Source of the DNA: Eledone cirrhosa
Taxonomy: Eukaryota
DNA: 64,000 bases
Reading direction: 5' to 3'
Assembly: GCA_964016885.1 (NCBI GenBank)
Contig: OZ024741.1
Span: 120,218,001 to 120,282,000, forward strand
Below, piece by piece: positions 12,371 to 23,070 of the stretch. The notes under the pieces were generated by a model. The model did no database searches, was not told where the DNA came from, and was given only the letters and a program-made list of their open reading frames with translations. A program made the position numbers and the translations under genes. Each line of letters begins with the position of its first letter. Position 1 is the first letter of the stretch.

Positions 12371-12583
12371 GTTTTTTTGTTTGTGTTTTTTTCGATAATT
12401 TTTTTAAAATGTAACAGAGTTCAAATATTTGGGCCCAAAGGCCCAAATATTATTCTTTCCCCTTCACAGGGCAACGTCCAAGGGCTTGTATGCCTTACAC
12501 AACAACAAAAAATTCAATAAATAAGTTTTGACAGGTAAATAAATAAACTACGGAAGCGAGCAAAAAGACGTCCGTTCAGACTC

Positions 12584-12788
12584 AATAATAATAATAATAA
12601 TAATAATAATTGTTTCTACTTTTGGCACAAGGCCAGCAATTACCCAATGGATTACTGGTACTTTATTCTATCGACCCCGGAAGGATGAAAGGCAAAGTTA
12701 ACCTCGGCGGGATTTGAACTCAGATCATACAGGGAGGTAACTCTGTGCTTCAAAGCATGGCATCCGATCCTCTACCGATACTGCCAAT
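12584..12788 (-). mobile_element. tRNA-derived SINE with (ATT)n tail
   Basis: A box tggcagtatcgg, B box gagttcaaatccc, central ctttcatccttccggggtcgata, 3' end ggccttgtgccaaaagtagaaaca. Confidence 0.88.
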
Positions 12789-14205
12789 AATAATGATTTC
12801 ATTTATTGGCCACAAGGGCCGACATTTAGGGGACAATACAAAGACAGGGGCAGTAGGGTTTACAATATGGTCGAGTAAAATTGCTCAATGGCAAGACTAA
12901 TTTAACAATGAAGATATAAAAAATATAAAATAAACTATGCATAAATATAACAAAATAAATTCCCCTATAGGGGGTGGACGGCCCAGGGGTGAATCAGGTA
13001 CCCCACCAATCCTGAACCACCCTGCGCTTCTAGGGCACCCAGGGAGAGCACCCCTCTCCTCAAGTTAGCTAGCCTATAGGCGCATGATCAGAGTAGGCCC
13101 ATTCACACGGGCCATTCTCGCCACATTCATCCACCTTTTAGCAAATGTACTGGGGGGCAGCACTTCTCTCTCCACCCTCACCTTCCTTTCCAGGTGAAAC
13201 TTGAAGAAGTTGATGAGGGATTGGCCGAAGAGAAAAGTGTCTGTCTTCAGTCCTTTCAATCTGGTCCACCATATAACCTCTTTCGCAACGGCCACCATAC
13301 AGGAAAATTGACTGCTCTTCCTAACCTAAGGAAGGCGGCGGGTCGATCTTCATTATGGAATCGGCCGATAGCCGGATCCGTTCCACACGCGACAGTAGCT
13401 GTTCGACATAACTCCACAAGTCAGTAATGCACGGACATTGGACAAGTGCGTGCAGAACGGTTTCGTCGCTCTGTGCGCGTCTTGGGCAAGTCCGTCTGAC
13501 AGCACTACCGTGCCGGTAGAGTTTATCCCGAACCGGCAGTGCCCCCCCCCCCCCCCCCCCCCGGTAGCACTGCCAAGCGAGAGATTTCTGGAAATTGTCC
13601 ATCGTCCCCGGCTCGGAAGTCCTCCGGTACAGACTGGTCAGTTCGACTTCGTTGAGGCCCAAAGCTTCTCCGCGTGCGTCATCGCACTTGCCCACCACTA
13701 ATCCTCTATAGAAATCGAGAGTGGAAGTTCCACTGATCGCATTTCCCGCTTGGTATAGGGCAGTGAGTGCCTGGCAACATTCCAGGTGCCAGTCACCCAG
13801 TCTTGGTCTCTTGACCTAGGACTGCAGCTCAGTCAAAGAAACGAGCTGCGGAAAGGCCCGTCTGATAAACGGCTACCTCACCTGTTCACCGTTTAGGCAG
13901 AATATCTGGAGATGTCGCAACCTCACCGCATGTCTGCGCATCATTAGCCACGGCATTCCCAGCCCTCCGCGTAGAGGGTGAGGATGGCAGCAGATGGACC
14001 GCCTCACCAACGGAACTTGTCCATTCCACACCTCCGCGCGACCTTTCAGTGATAGCTTCCTCCCAGTCCATTTTTGGGTGAGACTGGCTGCCCTGCTCGT
14101 TACCTCGTCCAAATTTTTTACCGCCTGGAGGTCTGGTCAGAACCAAACCCCGAGAAACTTTACCGGTCCATCCGTCCAGCGCCCCACGAAGCTGTTGGAC
14201 GGAAT
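12789..14205 (-). mobile_element. Tx1 copy 3, 5'-truncated with an internal deletion
   Basis: ORF2 C-terminal fragments 13074-13298, 13321-13698 and 13873-14112; 3' UTR like copy 2. Confidence 0.88.
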
Positions 14206-14830
14206 ATGATGATGATGATGATAATGATGATGATGAGTCTTTATTGGCCACTAGAACCGAAAACAAGAGACAATACAAATGTGTAAGGAGAGTGAGGATT
14301 TACATGTAATTAATCGTTTAAAGAAAGAAAATTGGTAACAAAATAGCAATGAATTAAAACAACAAAAGTAGCCAATAGTGGGGAGAACCACTCAGCGGTC
14401 ATGTCGGAACCCCACAGATCCAAAGCAACCTTCAACACCAAGAGACCTTCTCATCTCTCTCTGCTTTTTTCAACCTTTTAACAAATATACTGAGGGGCAG
14501 CACTTCCCTCTCTACCCTCACCTTGAAAAAACGATTAGGGTTTGGCCGAAGAGTAATGTCTCCATTTTCAGTCCTTTCAGTCGCATCCACCAGACAGCCT
14601 CTTTTGCGACAGCTACCAAACAGAGGAAAACTGCCTGCCCTTCCCGACCAAAATAAGGTGTAGGAGTAATTTTCCTGATGAAGTCGGCCGATTGCCGGAT
14701 CCGTCCTACACGCGTGACAACTGTTGTTCGATACATGTCAGCAGTATATGGACGAGTAGGTGCAGAACGGCTTTATCTTTCAGTGCGCATTACAGAAAGG
14801 TCCGTCTGACAGCACTGCCGTGCCTGTTGA
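14206..14830 (-). mobile_element. Older degraded Tx1 3' fragment with (TCA)n tail
   Basis: GREGQAVFLCLVAVAKEAVWW homology; ends gtggccAATAAAgactcatcatc. Confidence 0.75.
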
Positions 14831-15430
14831 TCAGACATGGACAACCTTTTTCGAGCAGTGGGCTGTATATGATGTGGCTCTTCATAAAGCGGGCCGCACT
14901 ATTAAAAGACTCAAAGGAATTTTGAAATTAGCACAAATACAGTCACAGATATGTAACCAAACCGCTGCACATACCTAAGGCACATAGAGCTATGCTCAAT
15001 AGTAGAGTGACAACATGCAATGAAAAATAACACTAATAATTATAATGATACTGATAGAAGAAATAATATTGACAATAAATATATTAATAAATTACAAAGG
15101 ACAATAAGAAAAAAGCTTATGCCTTACGGTATTAGCAAAAACATTAAGAAATATTAATAACTCTAACAACAACAACACCTACAGTCTTTTGACCGTCTAC
15201 CATTTACAGACTCAGATACATGTCGAATCAAATGTAATTAGCTTTATGTTGTGTTGGCGGCGGTGGGGCGGTGAGGTAGACAAGGAAAAGAAAGAGGAAA
15301 GGGGAGAGGTCGGATGCTGCAATATAGATAATGGCCGTCATGACATTAAAAATAGAGTGATGTGTGATCATGTTGCTTAAATATATATCCATTAATGCCA
15401 ATAGCTGATATATATGTGGAGGTGGGGGCT

Positions 15431-15481
<51 letters not shown>

Positions 15482-16139
15482 ATACTTTGGGAGGGTCATG
15501 TTGCCAATAAGAAACACACGCACCAGTTGTTTCACTTCAATTTATTATAATAAATTTATAAATTTAGGAATTTATGAATTTTCGGTTGGTTGGTTGGTTC
15601 CACAACCAGATGATTGTTTATATATTGTCAAAGTTCTTTCGTCACACATTATGTGACCTCTTCAGTGACTGAGGATTCTTTTCTTTGTTTTTGTGCCTCT
15701 CCTTTGTTCTGTCCTACGCCATCTTGTTTTTGTGTGTCCCAAAGTATAACAATATCGGTTTCAACACACGTTTTCAGATAAAGAATCTTGCTAAACAAAT
15801 TCAGAAACGAAATATATATATATATATTTATATATATATGTATATTTATATATTATATAAATATATATAAAGAAATAGTAGAAAGGAGATATTTTAGTGA
15901 AATTTCAAAGCATTAATATATTTACAATACCGGTTTCAGCATTAAATACATTGTCAATTGCGGATATGCAGAATATTGTTAAGTTGCATGTTTGTACAAA
16001 TAGTGAAAATCATGATAATAACAAAAAACAAATTATAGAGAGGGGAAGAAAAGTTAATTTTCACATACGTTATCCTTCAGAGAAGTAAATTTGTCTGTCC
16101 ATCCTTCTCTGCTAATGGCGTATATATATATATATATAT

Positions 16140-17260
16140 TTAAGTTAACAGTGTATCGTTTAAGGCAATCCAAGTAGAGGTTATGAGTACTCTGTGTTGA
16201 GGATAGTTCTAACGTTCGGCGTTGTTTGACCCAACAAGAAGTTTACTTAGTTGTGGTGCTCGGGTGGCCAATTCCATATAGTTCCTAGGTAAGCTGTTCC
16301 TGGAGTATTAACAATAAAGGAGTGAAGAATAACACGGATCAGTAGGGTTTATTCAAAGTATTAACAAATGTTTCGTTAGTCCGGTGTGTCTAAAAACCGC
16401 TGTCCATCATATACCGTGGCACTCGATTTTAATTAGTTTACACCTAACCAAATACTCATAATACTGATTTGGTGATACAGTGCGTTAGTATCTATAGTTA
16501 CATGAAAAATAACAAGAATAATAATAAGAATGAGAATATAGTGAGGAGGCGGATACTAGGATAATGGCATGAAAAAATAGTAATAATAATAACATCAACG
16601 TGAAAAAAATGTGGTATGAAAAGACAATAAGATAAATATGGAAATAAAAATAAAAGTAATAACAAAAAAGATACCGTTAGAGTTGGAAGTAAAGATAGGA
16701 AGTGTTCAGTTAGTACATAAGTAACTAGACATTGTAATAAAGTGGGATGAGATGAAACGAAAGGATAATTGTAACTGTGTAATAAAGTGGGATAAGATGA
16801 AATACAGAGATAAAACAGAAAAATATAAAACAAAAAGATAATGATAACAGGTGGGTAATTAGGATTGGGGATATTTTGAAAAGAACATGCTTAATGGGTA
16901 GAGGTGTAGATTGATGTCGATATTGGCTATAAAGCGTTATTGATGCTACACGTGATGGAAGGGATTTGAAGAGGTGTGTCTTTAAAGAAGGAATACTTAA
17001 TCACTGAGAGATTGACAGTTAATCTTGGATCTGATTGGTCAGGAATTTATTATTTTGCATTCTATTGGCTGGTAATGTAGCCTTTGAAGCGCTATAGAAA
17101 GTTGCGCTCGTACGGTGATTAATGGTTAACGGTGATAAAGAGACGCTAAAGTGGTTCGGTGGCGCCAATTTTGGAGACGCTATAAATCCGGGAGTTGTGT
17201 TGTTTATATGGATAGTGAGGTAGCTGGATCGAATCTTGTTTATCACGGTTTGTAATTTGA
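16140..17260 (-). mobile_element. Non-coding PLE-associated repeat next to (TA)n, related to 20095-20450
   Basis: 16160-16430 aligns with 20110-20450; degenerate hammerhead 3' half GAAAcatttgtTA. Confidence 0.45.
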
Positions 17261-17611
17261 AAATTTACTAGCGGCTTTGTACCTACAGAAAATTGTCCGT
17301 TCGATTTTGCTATTCAGTAGCGTCTTATTATACTACAGAATATGGAGTAATTCCACATTACATAGTCCACAGTGAGACTGTGTAAATTATCCTTGCTTCT
17401 GCTGGAACTCGCTAGGTAGCACTATGCCATCACCTTTTAAAATTCATAGCATCCAAATGTTTATTCGTAAACATATCGTATATTATCGATAACTAAAGTA
17501 CCAATCAAGTACTGCGGTCGATTCTTCCTCTGTATATCATCCTCACTTTCTCACTCTCTCTGTCTCTTTCGTACCCCGTCATCTCTCCCCCTCTTTCTCT
17601 CCTCTCTTCAA

Positions 17612-18150
17612 CACAACCCAATCTTTCAGGAATAGCTGCCTCTCAATTCATGTTTGAATGAGAGTGGCCAACCTGCTCGTAACCTCCTCTTAGTTTCTAT
17701 CCACATGAAGACCTTCATCGAATGATATTCCAAACATCTTAACCGGGCCGTCGGTCCAGCTTTTACTGTTGACCTGTGTGGAACTACCTTTCTAGTTGCC
17801 ATGTTGCCAGTCCACCAACTTTTCCTGGTTAAACTGTACTTATGCCGACTACATAATGAAGTAATGATGTTCGTGTATACCAACATGGTTCTCCTGTGTC
17901 CAAATTCGAGAGTGTTGCCTCCTAAAACATCCAATTTTTGCGGTAGGGAGTCAGGATCCAAAACATAGTTGAGTGAGGAGAGAGGAGACCATTGCCGATC
18001 GTGTGATTCGAAACGCCATTGATATGTGGTGATTTAGTACATGAAAACGACCGAACCTCTGACAAAGCTATCGTAACAGGGAGAGCATAATCAACCGCTA
18101 GTACACGGCTGAGTTCCCTAATTTCAAACATTTTAACCAGGCTTCTGGAA
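17612..18150 (-). pseudogene. Ancient degraded Tx1 RT fragment
   Basis: A frame absent from the ORF track reads FNQEKLV..WTDGPVKMFGISF..EEVTSRLATL, matching ORF2 INQEKSV..WTDGPVKLLGVWF..DEVTSRVASI. Confidence 0.75.
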
Positions 18151-18267
18151 AGACGTTATCATGATCTTGCGACATGTCGAATGTTTAATTCTACAAAATG
18201 TATATAAAATTATGTTTCTGTTTCTTCTATTCCAGCTATGACTCACGTCCTTATAAATCTGTGGACA

Positions 18268-18460
18268 AATAATAATTGTTTCTAATTTTGGTACAAGGCC
18301 AGCAATTATCCCAGTGTATTACTGGTACTTTATTTTATCGACCCCGTAAGGATGAAAGGCAAAGTTAACCTCGGCGGGATTTGAACTCAGATCATAAAGG
18401 GCTGTAACTCTATGCTAAAAAACATGGTGTCCGACTCTCTACCAATACTACCAATCCACC
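18268..18460 (-). mobile_element. SINE
   Basis: Same family consensus as 12584-12788. Confidence 0.85.
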
Positions 18461-18630
18461 CGTTTCAGACCTCGTATTGAAGAAGCCATCGATGCCGACG
18501 GTAGATTCATTGAGTAGAAGAGTCTCAAGATTATTCATGCCAATTTATTTTTCTCAAATAGAACTCTTCTTTCATGACTTTGCGGCATATGTTTATTTTG
18601 TTTGACTAGCTGTGATTCACAGCCTTGTAA
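18461..18630 (+). mobile_element. Tc1/mariner-like transposase C-terminal remnant
   Basis: Translates RFRPRIEEAIDADGRFIE*, resembling Tc1/mariner C-termini; short, no catalytic triad visible. Confidence 0.4.
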
Positions 18631-18641
18631 ATCGATTGACA

Positions 18642-18832
18642 AATAATTGTTTCTACTTTTGGCACAAGGCCAACAATTACCCAGTACATTACTGGTGCTT
18701 TATTTTATCGACCCCGTAAGGATGAAAGACAAAGTTAATCTCGGCGGGATTTGAACTCAGACCGTAAAGGGACGTAACTATACTGGAAAGCATGGCGTCC
18801 GACTCTCTACTGATACTGCCAATCCACCGCCC
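18642..18832 (-). mobile_element. SINE, full length
   Basis: Family consensus; ttgacaaataat on both flanks (TSD-like). Confidence 0.88.
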
Positions 18833-18929
18833 TTCTATTGACAAATAATGATGCATTATACTGTTACAGAGGGACCTCATAAAGCCAGTTCAATCGATCT
18901 CGGTGTAGTGAGATTCATTTTATTAATTA

Positions 18930-19315
18930 CCCTAACCCTAACCCCAAAACAATCATAAAGGAATATCTGTGTCACCGAAAAATCGGTTTTTCACCTAATA
19001 CGGTCCCTGGGGCAAAAAAATGAGAAAATCGTTTTTGCTCAAAACATTTTAAACGACATAAGTAATGCAAATTTTGAAGAAATCGCCTGGATTATTGTTC
19101 CATTATACCTCAAAAAAGCCTTTAAAGCCTAAAATATGCGGTTTTTCGCCTAATGCGGTCCCTAGGGCATTGAAAATTTGAAATTTGTTTTGCCCAAAAA
19201 TCTCACACAACCATAAGCATTACAGGTGTAAAGTTTGAAAAAATTGGTTGGGTGGTTCTCCAGTTTTAGGGAGTCAAACAGACAGACAGACATTCTCTGT
19301 TTTAGATATATAGAT
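18930..19315 (+). mobile_element. Possible non-autonomous Helitron/Helentron (DINE-like) fragment
   Basis: Internal duplicated unit (cctaat.cggtccct.gggca at ~18993 and ~19149), (ACAG)n and terminal tttagatatatagat; recognised by pattern only. Confidence 0.4.
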
Positions 19316-19942
19316 AAATACACGTTTTCAAAGAACTGAGAAGCCCTGGATAGATTAAGTTACCAATCTGCTGACACCAGGTATTTCTCTCTTTGATTTT
19401 GTCTGTATGAACACTCTGAGAGAAAATCATCACTGGTCACCTTTATTGACTAATATAGAAACAAAATTATTTCATTACGTTTTCTAGAAATAACTCAGTT
19501 CATATGCAATATGTAGCGTCAGCAACCTGATTCTTTTCCACTTAAAAAGATATATCATACAGGATATGGTTTGGGAGAATACAAATAACGTTTAGGTCGG
19601 CATGACATTGGGAAAAGAATTTATTTAGCATCAAAACACTGTATATGAGATTAAAAAAACCTGGCTTTCCTAATAGCTTTATCACGCTGAAGATAAGTGT
19701 ACACCTAAATGCACACGCATGCCCCCAACACCACACATACTCACAGACAGACACATGCACACATATACACACATATTAACATTGGTATCGGTTTTATATA
19801 CACAAACACTTTTATTTATAAACACCCGAAGGCGTTAGACGCATTTATGTCTATGAAATCACTGGTAATGCATAAATAAACCAAACTGTTAATATAAATA
19901 CTCTCAATTTCCACATTATGTGTTGATATTTCTTTTCTTTCG

Positions 19943-19998
<56 letters not shown>

Positions 19999-20094
19999 TA
20001 AAATAACAAATTAAAGTTTAAGCAAAGAATCGCTGCTTTGGATTTTAGTCTTCAAATTTATTATCATTACTATATATATATATATATAAAGGAT

Positions 20095-20450
20095 AACAAA
20101 ATATCGTTATAGGTAATCCAGTTAGAGGTTGTGAATACTTCTTATTATGGATAGTTTTAGCGTACGGCGTTGTTTGACTCAACAAGAGATTTATGTAGAT
20201 GACGAGTTTATAATTTCACTTGTAAGTTTATCTTGGAGTAATAAAATTGAAAAAGTGGAGAATAACATGGTCAACAGTACAAAAAAGTTTCCGAAGATCT
20301 GATCGAGCTAACATCGTATTTAAAATTGAGTGGCACTGCTTCTAGTGTTCAGCAATTTTTAGACGACTTTATCAGTGAAACAATTGTTAGACTGTAAATA
20401 AATCCCCCTTTTTTGTACTGTTGACCATGTTATTCTCCACGTTTTCAATT
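20095..20450. mobile_element. PLE-associated fragment with internal inversion, in (TA)n
   Basis: 20245-20287 is the inverted repeat of 20408-20450. Confidence 0.5.
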
Positions 20451-20518
20451 ATATATATATATATATATAAATGAAATAACAGGAGCCTGGACTGGTGTAA
20501 ATCCTTGAAAGGTTTATT

Positions 20519-20576
20519 ATACTATGATCATTTCAATGACCGGGTTCCATATGAATCCGGTGATATCATCAGGTAT
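20519..20576 (-). ncRNA. Minimal type I hammerhead ribozyme
   Basis: Minus strand: atac CTGATGA tat caccggattc-atat-ggaacccggtc att GAAA tgatca TA gtat; palindromic stem III. Confidence 0.8.
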
Positions 20577-22360
20577 TGGAATATAACAAAGGAATATGTA
20601 AAAAGCCATGGGTCCGAAAAATCAGAAACAGAGGGACGGCTGGCCGACTAGCTTCTCAGCCAGCCGCCGTCAAAGTGTTGGCAACCGAAAAACTACCAAT
20701 GAATATCTGGTGAGGGGGCGAAGGCTTACAATGCGCTACCACCACTCCGTCAAAGAAGAAGGGGAAGAAAGAAAGAAAGGGAGAAAGAGGTGTAGTGTAA
20801 GGGTCAAACTACATTCATGTTAGAAAATGCCGCGAAAAAATGCTACCCAAAGAATCTATAATGTGTGTCTGTATGGTCTAATGTGCGAACCGAAGATTGG
20901 AACGTTAAATTTATGTTGCGAGTTATAGGATGAAATTAAATTAAATTAAAAATATTAGATTGCAAAATGGTAAATTGAAAAATAGAGGTAGCGAGATTTA
21001 TTTATTTAATGAAATTACGGAGAGTCTTATATGAAAAAAAGATTTTTAGATATTAGGATGGGATATAGAGTAAAGATTTCGATTGGGAGTCCCAGCCAGC
21101 ACACCCACCACCATGAGTCAGCCAGTCTCGAGTGGTATCGTCCAGCGAAAGAAATGGAAATTAATTTTTCCGAGTACTCTAGGAACGTAGCTAACTTTGG
21201 CCCCGGGATCGCTAACGGAAACTCCACAATTTCGACAGGCCATCGTCTATACCACGAATACTATTAAATAACACATTAGGGGTTTATTTACGTGTCAGTG
21301 GAGGCATTACACAGCTAATAGTCATGCCCAAACCTGGAGTTTGTACAAGTATAATGTGGCGGCCAAAACAGGCGGCGCGGTGGGACCGGGGCAAAGCAAG
21401 TCGCTCCGAGTAATTTCATTTACCGAAAGAGGAGAAATTTATTTTTCCGAGCACTCAAGGAAGGCTGAACTTACCGAGTGCCCAGCGCGCAGCCGGGAAA
21501 AGTCACCACACAAGTCGAAGGTAACAACCCAGTGAAAAGTGCAAATAGGCCAAAATTATTTTAAAGTCCCAGTTAGTCCGAGTTATAGGTAGTGTGGATC
21601 TTAGGTGGGTAGGGGGCTATGAAAGATGCATAATGACCTGAGTAAGGAATAGTTACAAAACAAATATTAAAACATATGAAAAAATAATATAAAGATAGAA
21701 TACATTGATGAAAATACATTAATAAAATAATAAAAAATAATAAAATATACATTAATGAGATAGAAAAAAATTAATAAAGGTAAATAAGAATCAATATAGA
21801 TCAAGTTGTAGTAAGATAATACAAGTTGTACATATAGAAATAGATAGAGAGGATGGAGGAGATGGAATGGTAACAGGTTGTACCTAGTGTAAAGTTCAGT
21901 GCGAGTCACAAAAAGTCCCTAGGTATAGAGTAGAGAATTCAGTCCATAAAATACATGTTTTAGTATAATACGTAGAGTTTTGTCGTAATCGGAATCATCC
22001 CGACAAGGAAAGTAGTATCAGGTGGCGGTAGATAAGGCGCAGAGCAGCCAAAATGCGAATGGTAAGTAGATCAGTTAATCCCATGCTGGTAATAGCTGTA
22101 CACTGAAGTCAGTGCCGCTGTTCAATATTACATTTTGAAGTGCTCAACATTATAGGAGCATTATTTCTTTAGGTTTGTTGGTTCACCACTGGATAGAACT
22201 GGTCATTCCGTATGGTCAATCCTGGTGTAATATTGTGAGGAGTACTCAACGCACTGCAGTTCATCCATCTTCGTTTGTGTAGTTGGTGGTGCGAATACGG
22301 AGTTAATTATAAATGAAATAACAGGAGGCTGGACTGGTGTAAATCCTTGAAAGGTTTATT

Positions 22361-22415
22361 ATACTATGATCATTTCAATGACCGGGTTCCATATGAATCC
22401 GGTGATATCAGGTAT
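22361..22415 (-). ncRNA. Hammerhead copy with a 3-nt deletion in the CUGAUGA core (probably inactive)
   Basis: Same as 20519-20576, but ctgatgatat is reduced to ctgatat. Confidence 0.65.
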
Positions 22416-22917
22416 TGGAATATAACAAAGGAATATGTAAAAAGCCATGGGTCCGAAAAATCAGAAACAGAGGGGACGGCTGGTCGACTAGCTTCTCAGC
22501 CAGCCGCCGTCAAAGTGTTGGCAACCGAAAAACTACCAATGAATATCTGGTGAGGGGGCGAAGGCTTACAATGCGCTACCACCACTCCGTCAAAGAAGAA
22601 GGGGAAGAAAGAAAGAAAGGGAGAAAGAGGTGTAGTGTAAGGGTCAAACTACATTCATGTTAGAAAATGCCGCGAAAAAATGCTACCCAAAGAATCTATA
22701 ATGTGTGTCTGTATGGTCTAATGTGTGAACCGAAGATTGGAACGTTAAATTTATGTTGCGAGTTATAGGATGAAATTAAATTAAATTAAAAATATTAAAT
22801 TGCAAAATGGTAAATTGAAAAATAGAGGTAGCGAGATTTATTTATTTAATGAAATTACGGAGAGAGTCTTATATGAAAAAAAAAAAAAAAAAAAAGAGAA
22901 GCTAGTCGGCCAGCCGT

Positions 22918-22965
<48 letters not shown>

Positions 22966-23006
22966 GATATTAAATAAATGGAAACTATATTTATAAAACC
23001 ATATTT

Positions 23007-23070
23007 ATTTCATTATATATATTTCAGGGATATCATATTAAAAATATGTTCTGCCTTCTTCAGACAAAAT
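23007..23070 (-). ncRNA. Minimal hammerhead ribozyme (CUGAAGA variant)
   Basis: attttgt CTGAAGA agg..catatt/aatatg..cct GAAA tatata TA atgaaat. Confidence 0.75.

Larger units (their letters stand above)
6673..12583 (-). mobile_element. Tx1 copy 2 (second subfamily), full length but disrupted
   Basis: 5' end gagtctgaacggacgtc, ORF1, ORF2, AATAAA at 6710-6715 and an (ATT)n tail; (ATT)n also lies at the 5' flank. Confidence 0.92.
20466..22920 (-). mobile_element. Non-coding element with ~575-bp direct repeats (20466-21040, 22308-22882) carrying hammerheads; retrozyme or non-autonomous PLE-like
   Basis: Near-identical direct repeats with 1842-bp period, (TA)n on both sides, 25-bp inverted piece at 22896-22920, no ORF longer than ~85 aa. 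Confidence 0.75.

Noticed and set aside
15760-15985. Two further hammerhead-like remnants (cagataa..GAAAtatata; GAAAccggTA on the minus strand)
   Set aside because: Catalytic core too degenerate to call
18930-18944. Telomeric repeat ccctaaccctaaccc
   Set aside because: Only about two units, and part of an interspersed repeat
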